Shown: positions 1-13,219 of the stretch, one piece after another
How the letters are laid out: each line of letters starts with the position of its first letter
Numbering within the stretch: the first letter of the stretch is position 1
DNA from: Octopus vulgaris
Lineage: Eukaryota
DNA length: 64,000 bases
Assembly: GCA_951406725.2 (NCBI GenBank)
Contig: OX597830.1
Coordinates: forward strand, 60,140,001 to 60,204,000
Direction of reading: 5' to 3'
The notes under the pieces: model-generated
Seen by the model: only the letters and a program-made list of their open reading frames with translations
Told to the model about the DNA's origin: nothing
The model's database searches: none
Position numbers and translations under genes: made by a program

Positions 1-2540
1 ACAAGAAGAGATTCAGTTTAGTTTTAAAGAAACCCACATCCACACCATGTAAGTCTCTCAGGCATTTAGGGAGGATGTTAAAGAGCTGTGGTCCTCTGAA
101 ACCCAAGCTGTTGCAGTATCTGGACCTGTATTTTGATGGTGATGTTGGAATCCTTGGCACCACGCAGCGGCGCCCGTTCTGCGGTTGGAGTAACTTTGAA
201 TGCCAAAGTTTGGGACAAGACCCTCCAGGATTTTCCAGATGTATATCACTGCATATCTCTCCCGCCTCCGCTCCAGGGAGAAGAGGTTTAATACCTTCAG
301 TCTTTCCCAGTAGCTGACATTTTGCATTGAGACGATTTTCTTTGTGTAGCTTCTCTGAGTTGCTTCGAGTTCTGCTGTTTGTTTTATATTGTGTGGTGAC
401 CAAAGTTGGGAGCAGTAGTCCAAGCGGCTGAGGACAAATGTTTTCCATAGGACCATCAGTATCTCCTTCTCTCTTGTTCTGAAAGTTCGGAGAATCCATC
501 CAGCTAGCCGTCTGCATTTTATCACCAGATTAGCAATATGCATTTGGAAAGATGCATCATTGCTCATGTCAATGCCCAGGTCACACACTGATTTTGACTC
601 AGGGATTGCAATTCTTCCTGGGCCAGTGTATCCAGTCTTCACGTCATTTACCTTTGTGTGCCAGTAGCACAGGGCCTGGAACTTACCTGCATTAAACTGC
701 ATGTTGTTGTCCTCAGCCCACCTGTATATTGTGTCCAGCTCATGTTGCAGATGCGCAATATTTTCAGGGTTTTGTATTGCGTGGGAGACTTTTGTGTCAT
801 CTGCATAGCTAGCAAGGGTGGTCATCGTAGCAACTGAAGGCATGTCTGAAAGGGCTACTATGAACATCAGTGGCCCCAAGACAGTGCCCTGTGGGACACC
901 GCTTGTTATTTGCGTTTCCCTGGAGGTGGCTCCATTGCTCACAACTGCCTGTTTTCTGTCTTTTAGGAAGTTGTGCAGCCACTCTCCAAGTTTCCCGCCT
1001 ATGCCGAGACCACGCAGTTTGTGACAGATCATACCATGGTCGACTTTATCAAAGGCTTTTGCAAAGTCAAGATATATTACATCCACATTTGAGCCATTTA
1101 GTAGCTGTTTCAACACCCAGTCATAGTGTTGCAGGAGCTGTGTTAGGCAGCCTCTACCTGGTCGAAATCCATGCTGGGTGTCAGACAGTAAGTCATTTTC
1201 TTCAAGGAACATGATTAGTTTCTTACGGACTATTCGTTCCATGACTTTGCTGATGTGTGAGGTCAGAGAGATAGGCCTATAATTTTTAGCATCTGCTCTG
1301 CTACCTCCCTTATGGATAGGGCATATTACCCCCTCTTTCAGTTTGACTGGGAGCTTACCACTTGCAAGAAAGCTCTGAAAAAGAAGCTGTAGCGGTTTTG
1401 CAAGGGCTCGTTTGCACGATTTGAGAAGGATCGCTGGGAATCCATCAGGTCCAGCAGCTGAGTTTGTGTCAATCTCATCAATGGCTAGTGTGATATCATC
1501 TTCTTCGATGTTGATGTACTCAATTTTTGTCTCTTTGGCCGCTGGTAAAGTGGCAAAGAATTCTTCTGGGTTGTTTACTTGCCTGTGTCCTAGAGGTGTA
1601 GTGAACACACTTTGGAACTGTTCGTTCAGTATTTCACTTATCCTCGTGGGATTTCCTGTGAGAGAGCCATCTTTTTGGAAGAGAGGTCCTATTCTCTGGT
1701 GCACTGTGGCTGTCTCTTTGGCAAACTTAAAGAAAGCTTTAGGGTTTGATTTTATATTTTCTATTACCCAAGCTTCTTTATCTGCTCTCTCCTTTTCATG
1801 GGACTGATGTAGACTTTTCTCAGTTTCCATTAGCATTCTTTCGAGCCGAGACTTCTCACCACTTTTGGTGTGCTTGCTCAGGCGGTTTGCAATCCTTGTC
1901 CGTCGTCTCATAAGAATCCTCCTTTCTCTAGGGATCCTGTTTTTGTTCTTGTGTGTGCTGGCCCTGCACATTGGGACATATTTGTCACATATGGCTTGTA
2001 TTATGGACATGAAGTGTTTGTGTTTCATGTTTATGTCCGGTGTGGAGAGACATTCAGGCCAATCCTGTTTGAGGATCTCTTTCTCAATCGACTTCCAGTT
2101 GGCTTTATGAAAGTTTAAGTTGGAGAGATGGTGGGTGCTTCGTATAGGCTGTGTGTCTGCGGGGGCTTTTGTTCCATACATAGACAGCTCTATTATGTTG
2201 TGATCCGAGATCATTGTCGGCACCACATTAACATTATGGATAATATCCATATTGTTTGTGAAGCAGAGATCCAGTATATTATCTGCCCTTGTTGGTTGCA
2301 GAACTATTTGCTCCATGAAAGAGGCATTTGTGAGATGGAGCAGGGACTCCACCTGTGCCTGCTGATGGTGTGTCATCCCTGGGAGCATCTGCCCCCCAGG
2401 CCATTCCACATTGGGGAGGTTAAAGTCACCCATGAAGAATACACTGTTGTGCTGTTCAAGGTTGGTGAGGACTTCTCCTATTTTTGTTAGGCAGTCTTCA
2501 AACATGCCTGAGTGTTTTGGGGCATCTGGTGGGCGATATG

Positions 2541-2546
<6 letters not shown>
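1..2546 (-). mobile_element. CR1-group non-LTR retrotransposon (LINE), 5'-truncated within the APE domain, 3' end runs off the window
   Basis: 815-aa ORF with APE and RT motifs; the frame extends upstream to [13 protein letters not shown] at ~2545 and stops abruptly at a (TA)n tract. Confidence 0.93.
58..2505 (-). CDS. LINE ORF2: C-terminal AP-endonuclease + reverse transcriptase (probable frameshift near the C-terminus, ~170)
   Basis: [19 protein letters not shown] (APE); [41 protein letters not shown] (RT); CR1-like tail [12 protein letters not shown]...SLERRRER. Confidence 0.92.
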   Translation of the reverse strand: MFEDCLTKIGEVLTNLEQHNSVFFMGDFNLPNVEWPGGQMLPGMTHHQQAQVESLLHLTNASFMEQIVLQPTRADNILDLCFTNNMDIIHNVNVVPTMISDHNIIELSMYGTKAPADTQPIRSTHHLSNLNFHKANWKSIEKEILKQDWPECLSTPDINMKHKHFMSIIQAICDKYVPMCRASTHKNKNRIPRERRILMRRRTRIANRLSKHTKSGEKSRLERMLMETEKSLHQSHEKERADKEAWVIENIKSNPKAFFKFAKETATVHQRIGPLFQKDGSLTGNPTRISEILNEQFQSVFTTPLGHRQVNNPEEFFATLPAAKETKIEYINIEEDDITLAIDEIDTNSAAGPDGFPAILLKSCKRALAKPLQLLFQSFLASGKLPVKLKEGVICPIHKGGSRADAKNYRPISLTSHISKVMERIVRKKLIMFLEENDLLSDTQHGFRPGRGCLTQLLQHYDWVLKQLLNGSNVDVIYLDFAKAFDKVDHGMICHKLRGLGIGGKLGEWLHNFLKDRKQAVVSNGATSRETQITSGVPQGTVLGPLMFIVALSDMPSVATMTTLASYADDTKVSHAIQNPENIAHLQHELDTIYRWAEDNNMQFNAGKFQALCYWHTKVNDVKTGYTGPGRIAIPESKSVCDLGIDMSNDASFQMHIANLVIKCRRLAGWILRTFRTREKEILMVLWKTFVLSRLDYCSQLWSPHNIKQTAELEATQRSYTKKIVSMQNVSYWERLKVLNLFSLERRRERYAVIYIWKILEGLVPNFGIQSYSNRRTGAAAWCQGFQHHHQNTGPDTATAWVSEDHSSLTSSLNA

Positions 2547-2809
<263 letters not shown>

Positions 2810-2834
2810 AATATGTTACTTTACTCGGTAGTCA

Positions 2835-2897
2835 AGATAAAACTCTGAGTTTCAGATGCCGAAGTGGAAATCCACAACACCATCTCTTCGGTTATCT
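2835..2897 (-). ncRNA. Hammerhead ribozyme-like motif (type I, core variant CCGAAGA)
   Basis: RC: AGAUAA-CCGAAGA-GAUG[...GUGG AUUU CCAC...]CAUC-U-GAA-ACUC-A-GAGU-U-UUAUCU; 6-bp stem I, 4-bp stem II, near-palindromic stem III, GUU triplet. Confidence 0.55.
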
Positions 2898-3872
2898 GGC
2901 TATTTGAAAACGCTATGAAAAAATACCGTTAAATAAAGGGAAATTACTGTGTTATAACTCTGCTTGCCTGCGTACTTATACATCGCTCGCATTTTTCGTC
3001 ATAAAAATTATATAAAAATACATAAAAAATATATAAAAATATATAAATTCTTCTTGGGACATAACATAGAAAGCATGTTCTATCTGTTTTCTTTAGGGGA
3101 CCAAAACCGTAACAGAAATTTAGTCAATAAATTAAGTACCAGTTGCATACTGGGGCCGATCTAATCGACTGGCTACATCCCCTAAAATTTAGGGCTTTGA
3201 GCCTAGAGTAGAATAGAATATATATATCAAAACAAAAACTTTCTCTAGGTGCTGCTCAGTTGGATCGAACCCAGAACTACTTGGCTGTGAAGCGAATTGC
3301 TCAATTACAAAATCATGCACGTGTTCTGGTCATATTTCTTACGATTATTTTATTTTCCGTTTGGATCAATAATCAATTTCGGCGTTCTATTGACGTCTCC
3401 AGAAAAAGAAGAAAAAAAAAATCCTCCGGTTTTACATTCTGGATAAAAGAATCTTAGCAGTGATTCTTATTGCCGTTTTTATTACAGACCAGAACTCTGG
3501 AATAACCGTTGTATGTGTTTCTTAGGATTTCTTTCAGCAATCAGAAGAGATTCAACCGTGATTTCTCAAGTTTGTTGTTAGGACGAGGTATTTATCTGCT
3601 GTTTTTTGCTTAATGCCTTTCTGCTGCACAGGCATGGCTGTGCGATTGGTCAATCCGTTTTGCAACCATGTACTGCGTGGCACTTTGGGCAAATGTATTT
3701 TATCTTGGTTTGGATCAAGCAAAACCTTGTCAATGAAACTTGGAAGGCAGAAACTGTGCATTAGAGCGTCGGATAGAATGCTTCGCAGTATTTATTTCGG
3801 CTTTCTGCGTTCTGAGTTCAAATCACGCCAAGGTCAATTTCATTGTTCAAGGATTGATGAATTAATTACAAC

Positions 3873-3873
<1 letters not shown>

Positions 3874-3903
<30 letters not shown>

Positions 3904-3977
3904 CTTCTTCTTCTTCTTCTTCTTCTTCTTCTTCTTCTTCTTCTTCTTCTTCTTCTTCTTCTTCTTCTTCTTCTTCT
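3874..3977. repeat. (CTT)n microsatellite
   Basis: direct reading. Confidence 0.97.
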
Positions 3978-4074
3978 CGTCCTCCCCCTCATTCGAGTGT
4001 GTTCCGGCCTGAAGAGGGATTTCTTCGGCTATGTTTGAAAATGCTCAAGTCACTCTGTCTATTACGACACAATT

Positions 4075-4590
4075 AGGCGTTGAGGCTTCAAGGCAACTGG
4101 AGGAGGTAGTGCTGCCCTGGGTCAAGAGGGTGGCTGCTGGAAGACCCTATATCTGGCAACAGGATTCCGCACTATGCCACACAAGCAGGAGAACCCAGTC
4201 ATGGCTGTCAAACAATTTCTGCGACCACATCACCCCTAACATCTGGCAACCTAACTCACCAGACTGCAATCCCCTTGATTATTATGTGAGGGACGCAGTT
4301 GAGCGAGAGATCAACAAAACTCCTTGTAACACCAAAGATGAACTGAAGGCAAGGATTACGGCAGCACTCGCCTACTTAAACAAGGAGACCATCAAGAAGA
4401 GCTGCAGGAGATTCCGAAGTTGTCTGGAGGCTGTGGTTGAAGCCAATGGCGATTCTATTGAATAGATTTAATCTTTAGTATTTCAAGATATTTTTATGTA
4501 ATTTAGGTAAATATATCTGTTGAAATGAGATGTCAGTGTTATTTTCCTTTTTGCGTAATTTAGACGACAATTTATTCACCGCACCCCGTA
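4075..4590 (+). mobile_element. Tc1/mariner DNA transposon 3' fragment (DD(E/D) transposase C-terminus + right end)
   Basis: ORF 4031..4465 contains WQQDSALCH and WQPNSPDCNPLDYYV (second and third catalytic Asp motifs), ending CLEAVVEANG; terminus ...caccgcaccccg followed by TA at 4589-4590. Confidence 0.88.
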
Positions 4591-5106
4591 GATTGAGTTG
4601 TGGCAAGACGCACAGTAACTATTCCATACTCATCGTCGTAACCGACGGAGTGCTTCCAACTATTCCACAGTAACAACATATGATATCGCAACAACAGCTA
4701 CAGACAGCATCAACATAATTACACATACTCTCAATAAGAGCAGCATTAAACTTACACACATCCCTATTCATACACAACTAACTCATACGGATACATACAC
4801 ACATATGAAATTAGACAGCACCATAAACACACACACACACACACACCATACCTATACAACATGCATACGAACTTACGGATACGAACTTAAAAAACTCAAG
4901 TAACACACACGTATACACCCACATATCCATCCAATACTTATTGACGAAGAAAAATACAATCGCACTTATAAAGACAGAGCTGCTCTCATACACACACACA
5001 CACACACACACACACATTTCATAACAAACATTAAAACGTACAAGTATCACAATATACAAAACTGACAACAGTATATTTGCTGTTATTACACACAGGCACA
5101 CACACA

Positions 5107-5107
<1 letters not shown>

Positions 5108-5140
<33 letters not shown>

Positions 5141-5147
5141 CTGTCTG

Positions 5148-5186
<39 letters not shown>

Positions 5187-5189
5187 CTG

Positions 5190-5240
<51 letters not shown>

Positions 5241-5266
5241 GTCTGTCTGTCTATCTGTCTGTCTGT

Positions 5267-5300
<34 letters not shown>

Positions 5301-5332
5301 GCCTGTATGTCTGTCTGTCTGCATATCTATCT
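5108..5332. repeat. (TATC)n/(TGTC)n microsatellite
   Basis: direct reading. Confidence 0.97.
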
Positions 5333-5725
5333 CTGTGTGTGCGTGTTTGTACACAAACATTGATGCGCAATCTATCAGTTATCACGCCTGTTGTTCTCGT
5401 ATGTAAGAAAAAGCTTTCCTTCCCGTACACCTCCGGGCATTATAACTCGCAACCATTTTCTTTATGATCTGACAAAGACCCAGTCGCACTTCTTACCAAT
5501 TCCCCTTTTCTCTTCCCCCTTTCTACAATTTTCCATCAATTTAACTTTTCGAAGAACTTGAAACGCAAAAGGTCAAAAACACTTCTGCTTTTTTCTTTCT
5601 CCTTGAACATCAAACTAATAATTACACTTACACACACGCATGCACACACACGCATGCACACACACGCATGCACACACATACGCACGCACATGCACACATT
5701 ATGTGTTTGTGTGTAAATATATGCA

Positions 5726-5763
<38 letters not shown>

Positions 5764-6054
5764 CAATGAAAATAGCATGAAAGAAAACTTAAAAAGTAAA
5801 CCATTAAAACTTATTCTTCGATTTGTCTTTCATGATAGATTCATCGAACACATACACACACACACATGCATGAATCTGTATTTGCATAAATTCATATATT
5901 TGCATAAATACATATAAATGCATATGTATATATTTATATATATCACAGAATCATACATGTTGATTTTATGAATATAAATCATATATTAATATATGAATGA
6001 AATAAGTTTAAAGAGTAGTTTTTCTGATTGTATTATATAATGGTATTTAAAGTG

Positions 6055-6266
6055 CCGATCTGGCAGAATCATTGGCACGCCGGACAAAATGTTTAACAGC
6101 ATTTCGTCCGTCTTTGCGTTCTCAGATCCAATTCCGCAGTTATCGAATTTAACTTTCATCCTTTCAGGGTCGATAAAAAAAGTACTTGTCTAGTACTTGG
6201 GTCGACGTAATCGGGCAGCACCTCTCCCAATATTTCAGGCCTTGTGCCCTATAGTAGAAAGGATTA
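6055..6266 (+). mobile_element. tRNA-derived SINE, family A (diverged)
   Basis: tggcagaatc head and ctttcatcctttcagggtcgataa core shared with the 23156 and 57464 copies. Confidence 0.8.
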
Positions 6267-6289
6267 TATCATAGTACTTTTTACATTGG

Positions 6290-6440
6290 TTTCAGCAATT
6301 TCAGGGGAAGGGGCAAGTCGATTGCATCGACCCCAGTGCTCAAATGGTACTTACTCTACCCGAAAGGATGAAAGGCAAAGTCAACCTCGGCGGAATTTGA
6401 ACTCAGAACGTAACGACCGACGAAGTATTGTTAAGAATTA
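6290..6440 (-). mobile_element. SINE family A, partial, inverted relative to the 6055 copy
   Basis: cccgaaaggatgaaaggcaaagtcaacctcggcggaatttgaactcagaacg = RC of the family A core. Confidence 0.8.
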
Positions 6441-7756
6441 GACAGCACCATGCGTTGTAAACAGCGCGTCGTTGCATCCACCATTTGTTGGTGGTTCCCT
6501 ACTCCTGGCAGACGATGCTTTTGCACCACTCAGGCAAACCCGCTCGAACCCTTTCGTTTTGTCTGGGTAGTCGCTGTTGATGAAAGTTTTACAAGGTCGG
6601 AATGCGAATCCTACCTCAACGTCTTGCAGCCTCCTTTCACGACAAGCGAAGCAAACGCTGTATTATTCTGACCTGCCGCTGCCCACAGAGAACCGAGACA
6701 GCTTTATAATTTAGTTTAATCCACTATGGTACTTAACTTCATGTAAGAGAAAGGAAAAAAAATCAACTTTTGAGTCAGGAAGGAAGGGCAGTGCTTACGT
6801 CCACTTTGTGACTGGTGAGAGGGAGGGAGGGAGGAGGATATCCTGAAACCAGGTTGCTGATCTGAATGCTTGCAACAGACTGGATTTGGTAAAGGCACTC
6901 AAAGGCCCATGTGGTGGCACTAAACAGGGCGACGGGATTTGAATTCAGAAGGCAGAGAGCCAAATAAAATATCGGAAGGCTTCCGGTTCGAAGTTCTTAA
7001 AGTTCTGCTGATACATCGCCACTTTGGGTTGGTTCTTTATTTGATCGATCCCGAAAGGTTTATATAAAAAAAAAAAACATTTGCACAGGTTTCCTCCGAG
7101 ACATGGGATATATTTTTAAGGATTCTCCAAAAGTCAAAAGTGTTGGGACACGCGGGTTTGGAGAGATCCATAATGTAAATGTTGACTGGATAGCTAAAAA
7201 GAGATTAGGTAGATATTGAAGATTTAGATACAAATTGCATGTGGATGTCCATAGGATGCAGAGCGCAAAAAAGAAAAAGAAAATCAAAAATTAATAATAA
7301 TAATAATAATATGTATATATATTGATCAGGTCAATAGAAATTGTATATATGTTGGCTATTAGTGTCTGCCAAACACTGTCTAGACAAAGTTTATAGATAT
7401 GCAGACACTTCCTAAATCTCTGCTAAGTATCACTTAAGATTAGCCATAAAAGCTGTCACTGGTATTGTTATTGTAGTAGTTATTGCTGTAACTGTTGTTA
7501 TGGTTATTACTATTGGTATTAAGACCATATACATGGTCAATAAATAAGTACTTGTTCATGGTTCTTTTACCACTGTCGTGTTGAATGCCAGACTCACTCA
7601 ATTAAGTATATTATTACTATTATTATTATTATTATTGGTGGTGTTAATCTCACTACATAGCAGACGATTCTGTTGAATTAACACTGAGGAGAAAGGTTAT
7701 CACGACCACGACGATCTCTGATATTAGAATTAGAATTTATTAATTCATTCATTTAT

Positions 7757-7799
<43 letters not shown>

Positions 7800-7855
7800 A
7801 TCTATTTACTTGGGTGTCAGTCTCATGTATATATATATGTGTGTATGTATGCACA

Positions 7856-7932
<77 letters not shown>

Positions 7933-7942
7933 TATATATATC

Positions 7943-8227
7943 TCATCGTCACCGTCACCGACCAGGCTATCAGATGTTACTACACATCGCTGGTCACAAT
8001 GCACTTCGCATTGTTTTAGCCTTCAAAGGACGTCAGCCCGTTGGCTAAGCGAGCAGGCCAACAGATGAAAGAGTGAGAGAAAGTTGTGACGAAAGAGTAC
8101 AGCAGGGATCGCCCCCCCCCTTACCGGAGCCTTGTGGAGCTTTAGGTTTTTCGCTCAATAAACACTCACAACGCCCGGTCTGGGAATCGAAACCGCGAGT
8201 CCGTTGCACTAACTACTGGGCCATTGC

Positions 8228-8230
<3 letters not shown>
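7943..8230 (-). mobile_element. tRNA-derived SINE, family D
   Basis: RC begins ggcgcaatggcccagtagttag...ggtttcgattccc (A/B-box-like); 3' part also present at ~35165-35280; flanked by (TA)n. Confidence 0.7.
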
Positions 8231-8270
<40 letters not shown>

Positions 8271-8274
<4 letters not shown>

Positions 8275-8467
8275 GGAATGGAGAATAGTCAAGCAAAAAC
8301 ATGTGGTATCACTTTAGAGTCTTTAATTTATAATTTATAATTTAGACAAAGTGCAGAATAGTTATGATAAATGGGTAAAGTCTGTTAGACCTGTTTCTAG
8401 AATAACTAAACATGTAGAGTATGTTATTGGGCAAGGATTTCCATGTAAGCTAAGTATTCGGTCATCG

Positions 8468-8563
<96 letters not shown>

Positions 8564-8853
8564 CCTTAAACAAGAATGTTAGTAGTTACTAGTTTGTTGA
8601 AGAACTAAGGAGTGTCGAAAGTAGAAATATAATACTGGTTGATAGTTCCATGGTGGGAGAATTAAGGAAATCCTTCGCTAACAATAATATCCGGTAGCAG
8701 TTCCATTGCTGAAGTAAGAAAGAAAATCCGAAGTAAAAGACGATAGAAGTTATTGGTTCCATCTTTGAAAAGAAGAAAGTGAGGTAGATATGAGACGTCA
8801 AAGAGTAGAGGGCAGTGTGAAGGAAGGGTTATAAGTACATAAAAGTCGATGGT
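8271..8853. repeat. Unclassified interspersed repeat, paralogous to 22645-23155
   Basis: visible long identity (e.g. gatagttccatggtgggagaattaaggaaatccttcg...gagtagagggcagtgtgaaggaagg) with an internal (GA)n of different length. Confidence 0.85.
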
Positions 8854-9117
8854 GTGGAGGCGCGTGGCTTAGTGGTTAGGGTATCAGCATCATGATCGTA
8901 AGATTGTGGTTTCGATTCCTGGACCGAGCGACGCGTTGGGTTCTTGAGCAAAACACTTCGTTTCACGTTGCTCCAGTCCACTCAGCTGGCAAAAATGAGT
9001 AACGCTGCGATGGACTGGCGTGCCGTCCAGCTGGGGAACACATACGCCACAGAAACCGGGAAACCGGGCCCATGAGCCTGGCTAGGCTTTAAAAGGGCGA
9101 CGTTTATCGACGTTTTT
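8854..9117 (+). mobile_element. tRNA-derived SINE, family C (V-domain-like core), with 13-bp TSD
   Basis: gtggcttagtggttagg...ggtttcgattcc head; gatggactggcgtgccgtccag core; TSD aaaagtcgatggt (8841-8853) / aaaagtcaatggt (9118-9130). Confidence 0.85.
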
Positions 9118-9171
9118 AAAAGTCAATGGTATTGTGAGGGCGTATGTAACGGTGTATACACACACACACGC

Positions 9172-9227
<56 letters not shown>

Positions 9228-9458
9228 TTATCTGTAAATACGTATACAATACATACACAGACATGTACCCATATAAACACACATATACATACATGCATAA
9301 ACACATGCCTGGATATAAACGCACATATAGACATACACAAGTACGTTCTCATACACGCGCGCAGATACCATGAACATGTGAGCTGGTATATTTATATATG
9401 TGTGTGTATGTGTGTGTGTATGTATTTATGTATATATATGTATATATATGTATGTATG

Positions 9459-9512
<54 letters not shown>

Positions 9513-9822
9513 TACATACATACATACATGCATACATACATACATGCATACATACATATACATACATAAATACATACATACATGTCTATGTACATACATA
9601 TTAGTGGGAAAATATTAGATGGCCACACAGAGCTAGTTGCTTTACTGAATTTGAATTTGTGGATGAATTTATGAACACAAGAGGAGAACGGTTCATGGTA
9701 CTTATTTAATACTGGTGCTCCAACTGAATAGGTATTATATAAATTATGAGGTAGGTGAGGCAGGGATATATGAAATAGGGAGAAGGCTAAAGTAAGACTC
9801 TATAGAATAAAATAAAATAATA

Positions 9823-10055
9823 CATATTTCTTTACTACCCACAAGGGGCTAAACACAGAGGGGACAAACAAGGACAGACAAACAGATTAAGTCGATTACA
9901 TCGACCCCAGTGTGTTACTGGTACTTAATTTATCAACCCCGAAAAGATGAAAGGCAAAGTCGACCACGGTGGAATTTGAACTCAGAACGTAACGGCAGAC
10001 GAAATACGGCTACGCATTTCGCCCGGCGTGCTAACGTTTCTGCCAGCTCGCCGCC
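9823..10055 (-). mobile_element. SINE family A, full length, 9-bp TSD
   Basis: RC starts ggcggcgagctggcagaaacgttagc; TSD aaaataata at 9814-9822 and 10056-10064. Confidence 0.88.
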
Positions 10056-10873
10056 AAAATAATATAATATGATGATATTTAAAAAAGTATTAATTTAATT
10101 AAGTGAGCTAATTCCATATCTATACTACGTATCAGTGAAAGTAAAGTACTAGGTAGCAACACAGGGATAATTGTCTAACTGCATTTGGATTTGTGGTAGA
10201 ATTTAAATATTTTGAAAAATTTATGAACCCAAGAGGAAAATGCCTGATGTTGCTTAAATAATAAGTGTGCTGCGTATTGCGACAATATCTGTATAGATTC
10301 TTTCCAAAATAACCAGCACGGAGCATTTTGTCCTTGGTATAGAAAGCTCGAGTCAATGATGGACCAGGCTATGTCATGTGGTATATTTTTTCCTAAGGTA
10401 ATGTATGTGTTCTGCTAGCGAAGTAGATTTACTATGTTTCAATAGTTGAATGAATTTAAATGCACTGAGTATCTTTACTTAAAATTAACAGTAGTTCCAA
10501 TATAAACCTTGGAGTTTTGGAGTCTATTTAGGACTGATCCCATATGACTGCGTACCTATGCCATATTTTGAAGCTACAGTTGGAGGTAATTAGTTTAGTA
10601 ATCTTTCTGTTGAGTGTATTACTTTTATGACCGGTTGCATATGCAGCTGCCCATACTCTGCGCAGTGGAAACACGTGTAGGTCATCGAAATCATGCTGTA
10701 TGATATTGTAAAACAAATGGAAATAATTTTTGAGGAGGCACCAGTCTCTATATTCTTTATATCTATAATTATTAATAATATACATATCGTTGTCGTGCTA
10801 TCGTCCTTTTTTTTACGCATGTTGTGTTTTGACGGTTTCCGTTTGTTGTGCTTTTTCTTTTCTACCTTTGATA

Positions 10874-10954
<81 letters not shown>

Positions 10955-11040
10955 TTGAATAGAAAAACAAAAGACGACGAAGAAAGGTGTAGGAACAACA
11001 AGCAGGTGTATTAGTTTGACGCTGAGGAAAAATGAAAAAG

Positions 11041-11078
11041 TCTTTTACGTTTCGAGCCTATGCTCATCAACAGGAAGG
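11041..11078 (-). ncRNA. Minimal hammerhead-like motif (CUGUUGA core, decayed stem I) within a ~200-bp unit (~10955-11152)
   Basis: RC: ccuuc-CUGUUGA-U-GAGC-AUAG-GCUC-GAAACGUA-aaaga. Confidence 0.5.
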
Positions 11079-11244
11079 ATTGACAGGAAATAAACAGAGA
11101 GAGAATGAAAAACAAAACGCATAGAGTTCAGTCAGCGGTCCAGCATGGTGAATGTTGAGTGTATTACTATTAAAATAATTACTAAGTTTGGTGGTTAAGT
11201 TAGGTCCGTTTAATACGCCCTCCACATATGTGCAATTCCCGTGT

Positions 11245-12152
11245 CATGTAGATGTAGGTACGTACATATATGTATGTATGTATGCATATATTTTATTTAT
11301 TAATTTATTGCATGACTGAGCGCCCTCGCGTCGTTTCGTTTCTTTTCTGTTCTCCGAGTAAGTTTTTATATATAATTATGACGCGAAACTCTGTAACCCT
11401 TTGCTTGACCTTCCCTTCCTTCCTGTCTGTCTTCCTCTTTGCCTGTCTCTCTCCTTCTTATTTTTCACCCTTTCTGGTTTCCTTTCCTCTCTATCTCTAT
11501 CTCTCTCACTCCTCCTCATCTCTCACACAGCCGAGTCGACCACTTCCTTTCGCTGGCGGCCTCCTACAAGTGAACATGCTTTTTTCCTGCGCTCTTGAAT
11601 TTTTCCATCGTCTAGGCTAAAAAAAGGCCCTCAATGTTTGTTTCCTTATCCTGTTTTTATTCTTTACTTGTACTGTATTTTTTGTATTTGTATTTGTTTT
11701 TTTATTTGTATTGTTTTTACGTCCTGTTTTTGTCACATTTTTTCTTTCCTTGTTTTTACCCCTCCTCAAAGGAATTTTATTTAATTCTTTCGCAGGAAGG
11801 GCTAGTTCGACGAGTCGTGTTCTGTCCTTACTTTCGAAACACGCATTGAGTCGAAACAGGGGCAGCTGATGAAGGGGAATATTCCTTGTATTGTTTGTCT
11901 TGTACTCTGTTTATTCGTTGTTAAAAAAAGTCCGTTTCCATGTTTGTTTTTATGTTTTCGTTTCTCGTTGAGTTCTACGTCTATTTGTGGTGTCCTGTAC
12001 TCAGATATATATATATATTTTTATATATGTATGTATATATACATGTAGATGTAGGTACGTACATATATGTATGTATGTATGCATATATTTTATTTATTAA
12101 TTTATTGCATGACTGAGCGCCCTCGCGTCGTTTCGTTTCTTTTCTGTTCTCC
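11245..12152. repeat. ~800-bp unit bounded by a 111-bp direct repeat (11245-11355 = 12042-12152); related copy in opposite orientation at ~21940-22540
   Basis: identical catgtagatgtaggtacg...gactgagcgccctcgcgtcgtttcgtttcttttctgttctcc at both ends; shared ccttcatcag, aaaacatggaa and aacaggac blocks with 21940-22540. Confidence 0.75.
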
Positions 12153-12283
12153 AAGTTTATATATATATATATATATATATATCAGTAATAATAAAAGGGT
12201 GAAATTAATTAATTAGGGATAATTATCAATTACACCAAGTAGATTTCGGTATGTAAAAGCCCCATTCGAGGAAAATTTAAGTA

Positions 12284-12501
12284 ATACTAAGTAATTAAGG
12301 GTTTAGCAACGAATTGCCTCACCAACACACCGAATTTAGAAATAGCAGTCAAAGAGATATAGCTATTCCTTCTACTAAAAGGGGGATCTCTTTTTACTGA
12401 GATCCCCCTTTTAGTAGAAGGAATAGCTATATCTCTTTGACTGCTATTTCTAAATTCGGTGTGTTGGTGAGGCAATTCGTTGCTAAACCCTTAATTACTT
12501 A

Positions 12502-12505
<4 letters not shown>
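12284..12505. repeat. Perfect 107-bp-arm palindrome with 8-nt loop
   Basis: 12284-12390 is the exact reverse complement of 12399-12505. Confidence 0.95.
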
Positions 12506-12558
<53 letters not shown>

Positions 12559-12633
12559 TATGTATATATTTATATGTATTTATGTATGTATGTATATGTA
12601 CATATGTATATATTTATATATATAAGTGTGTGA

Positions 12634-12670
<37 letters not shown>

Positions 12671-12811
12671 TATACATGTACATATACATATATGCATATG
12701 CACACACACATACACACAAATGGACACTTCAGCAAACATATGCATATATGTATGCACACCTTCCTTCTAGCTATTGAATTTGCTGGTAATTTTTCTGACT
12801 ATCGACAAATC

Positions 12812-12883
12812 TATCATCATCATCCTCATCATCATCATCATCTTCATCAATATCATCATCATCACCATCACCATCACAATCAC

Positions 12884-12918
<35 letters not shown>

Positions 12919-13097
12919 CCATCTTCATCATCATCATCATCACCATCACCATCATCATCACCATCACCATCAACATCACCATCATCATCATCATCACCAT
13001 CACCATCACCATCATCATCATCATCATCATCATCATCACCATCACCATCATCATCATCATCATCATCATCACCACCATCACCATCATCATCATCATC

Positions 13098-13129
<32 letters not shown>

Positions 13130-13187
13130 CATCACCATCACCATCATCATCATCATCACCATCACCATCACCATCATCATCATCATC

Positions 13188-13219
<32 letters not shown>

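Noticed and set aside
6450-6700. GC-richer segment resembling an RTE-type 5'UTR
   Set aside because: Only a vague resemblance, and single-copy in the window; cannot be supported without a search.
8854-8925. tRNA-like A/B boxes in SINE heads
   Set aside because: No complete cloverleaf and always followed by SINE bodies; not tRNA genes.
12236-12275. Possible hammerhead on the minus strand beside the palindrome (..cgaatggggc..accgaaatctac)
   Set aside because: Core and stem I do not fit; too degenerate to call.
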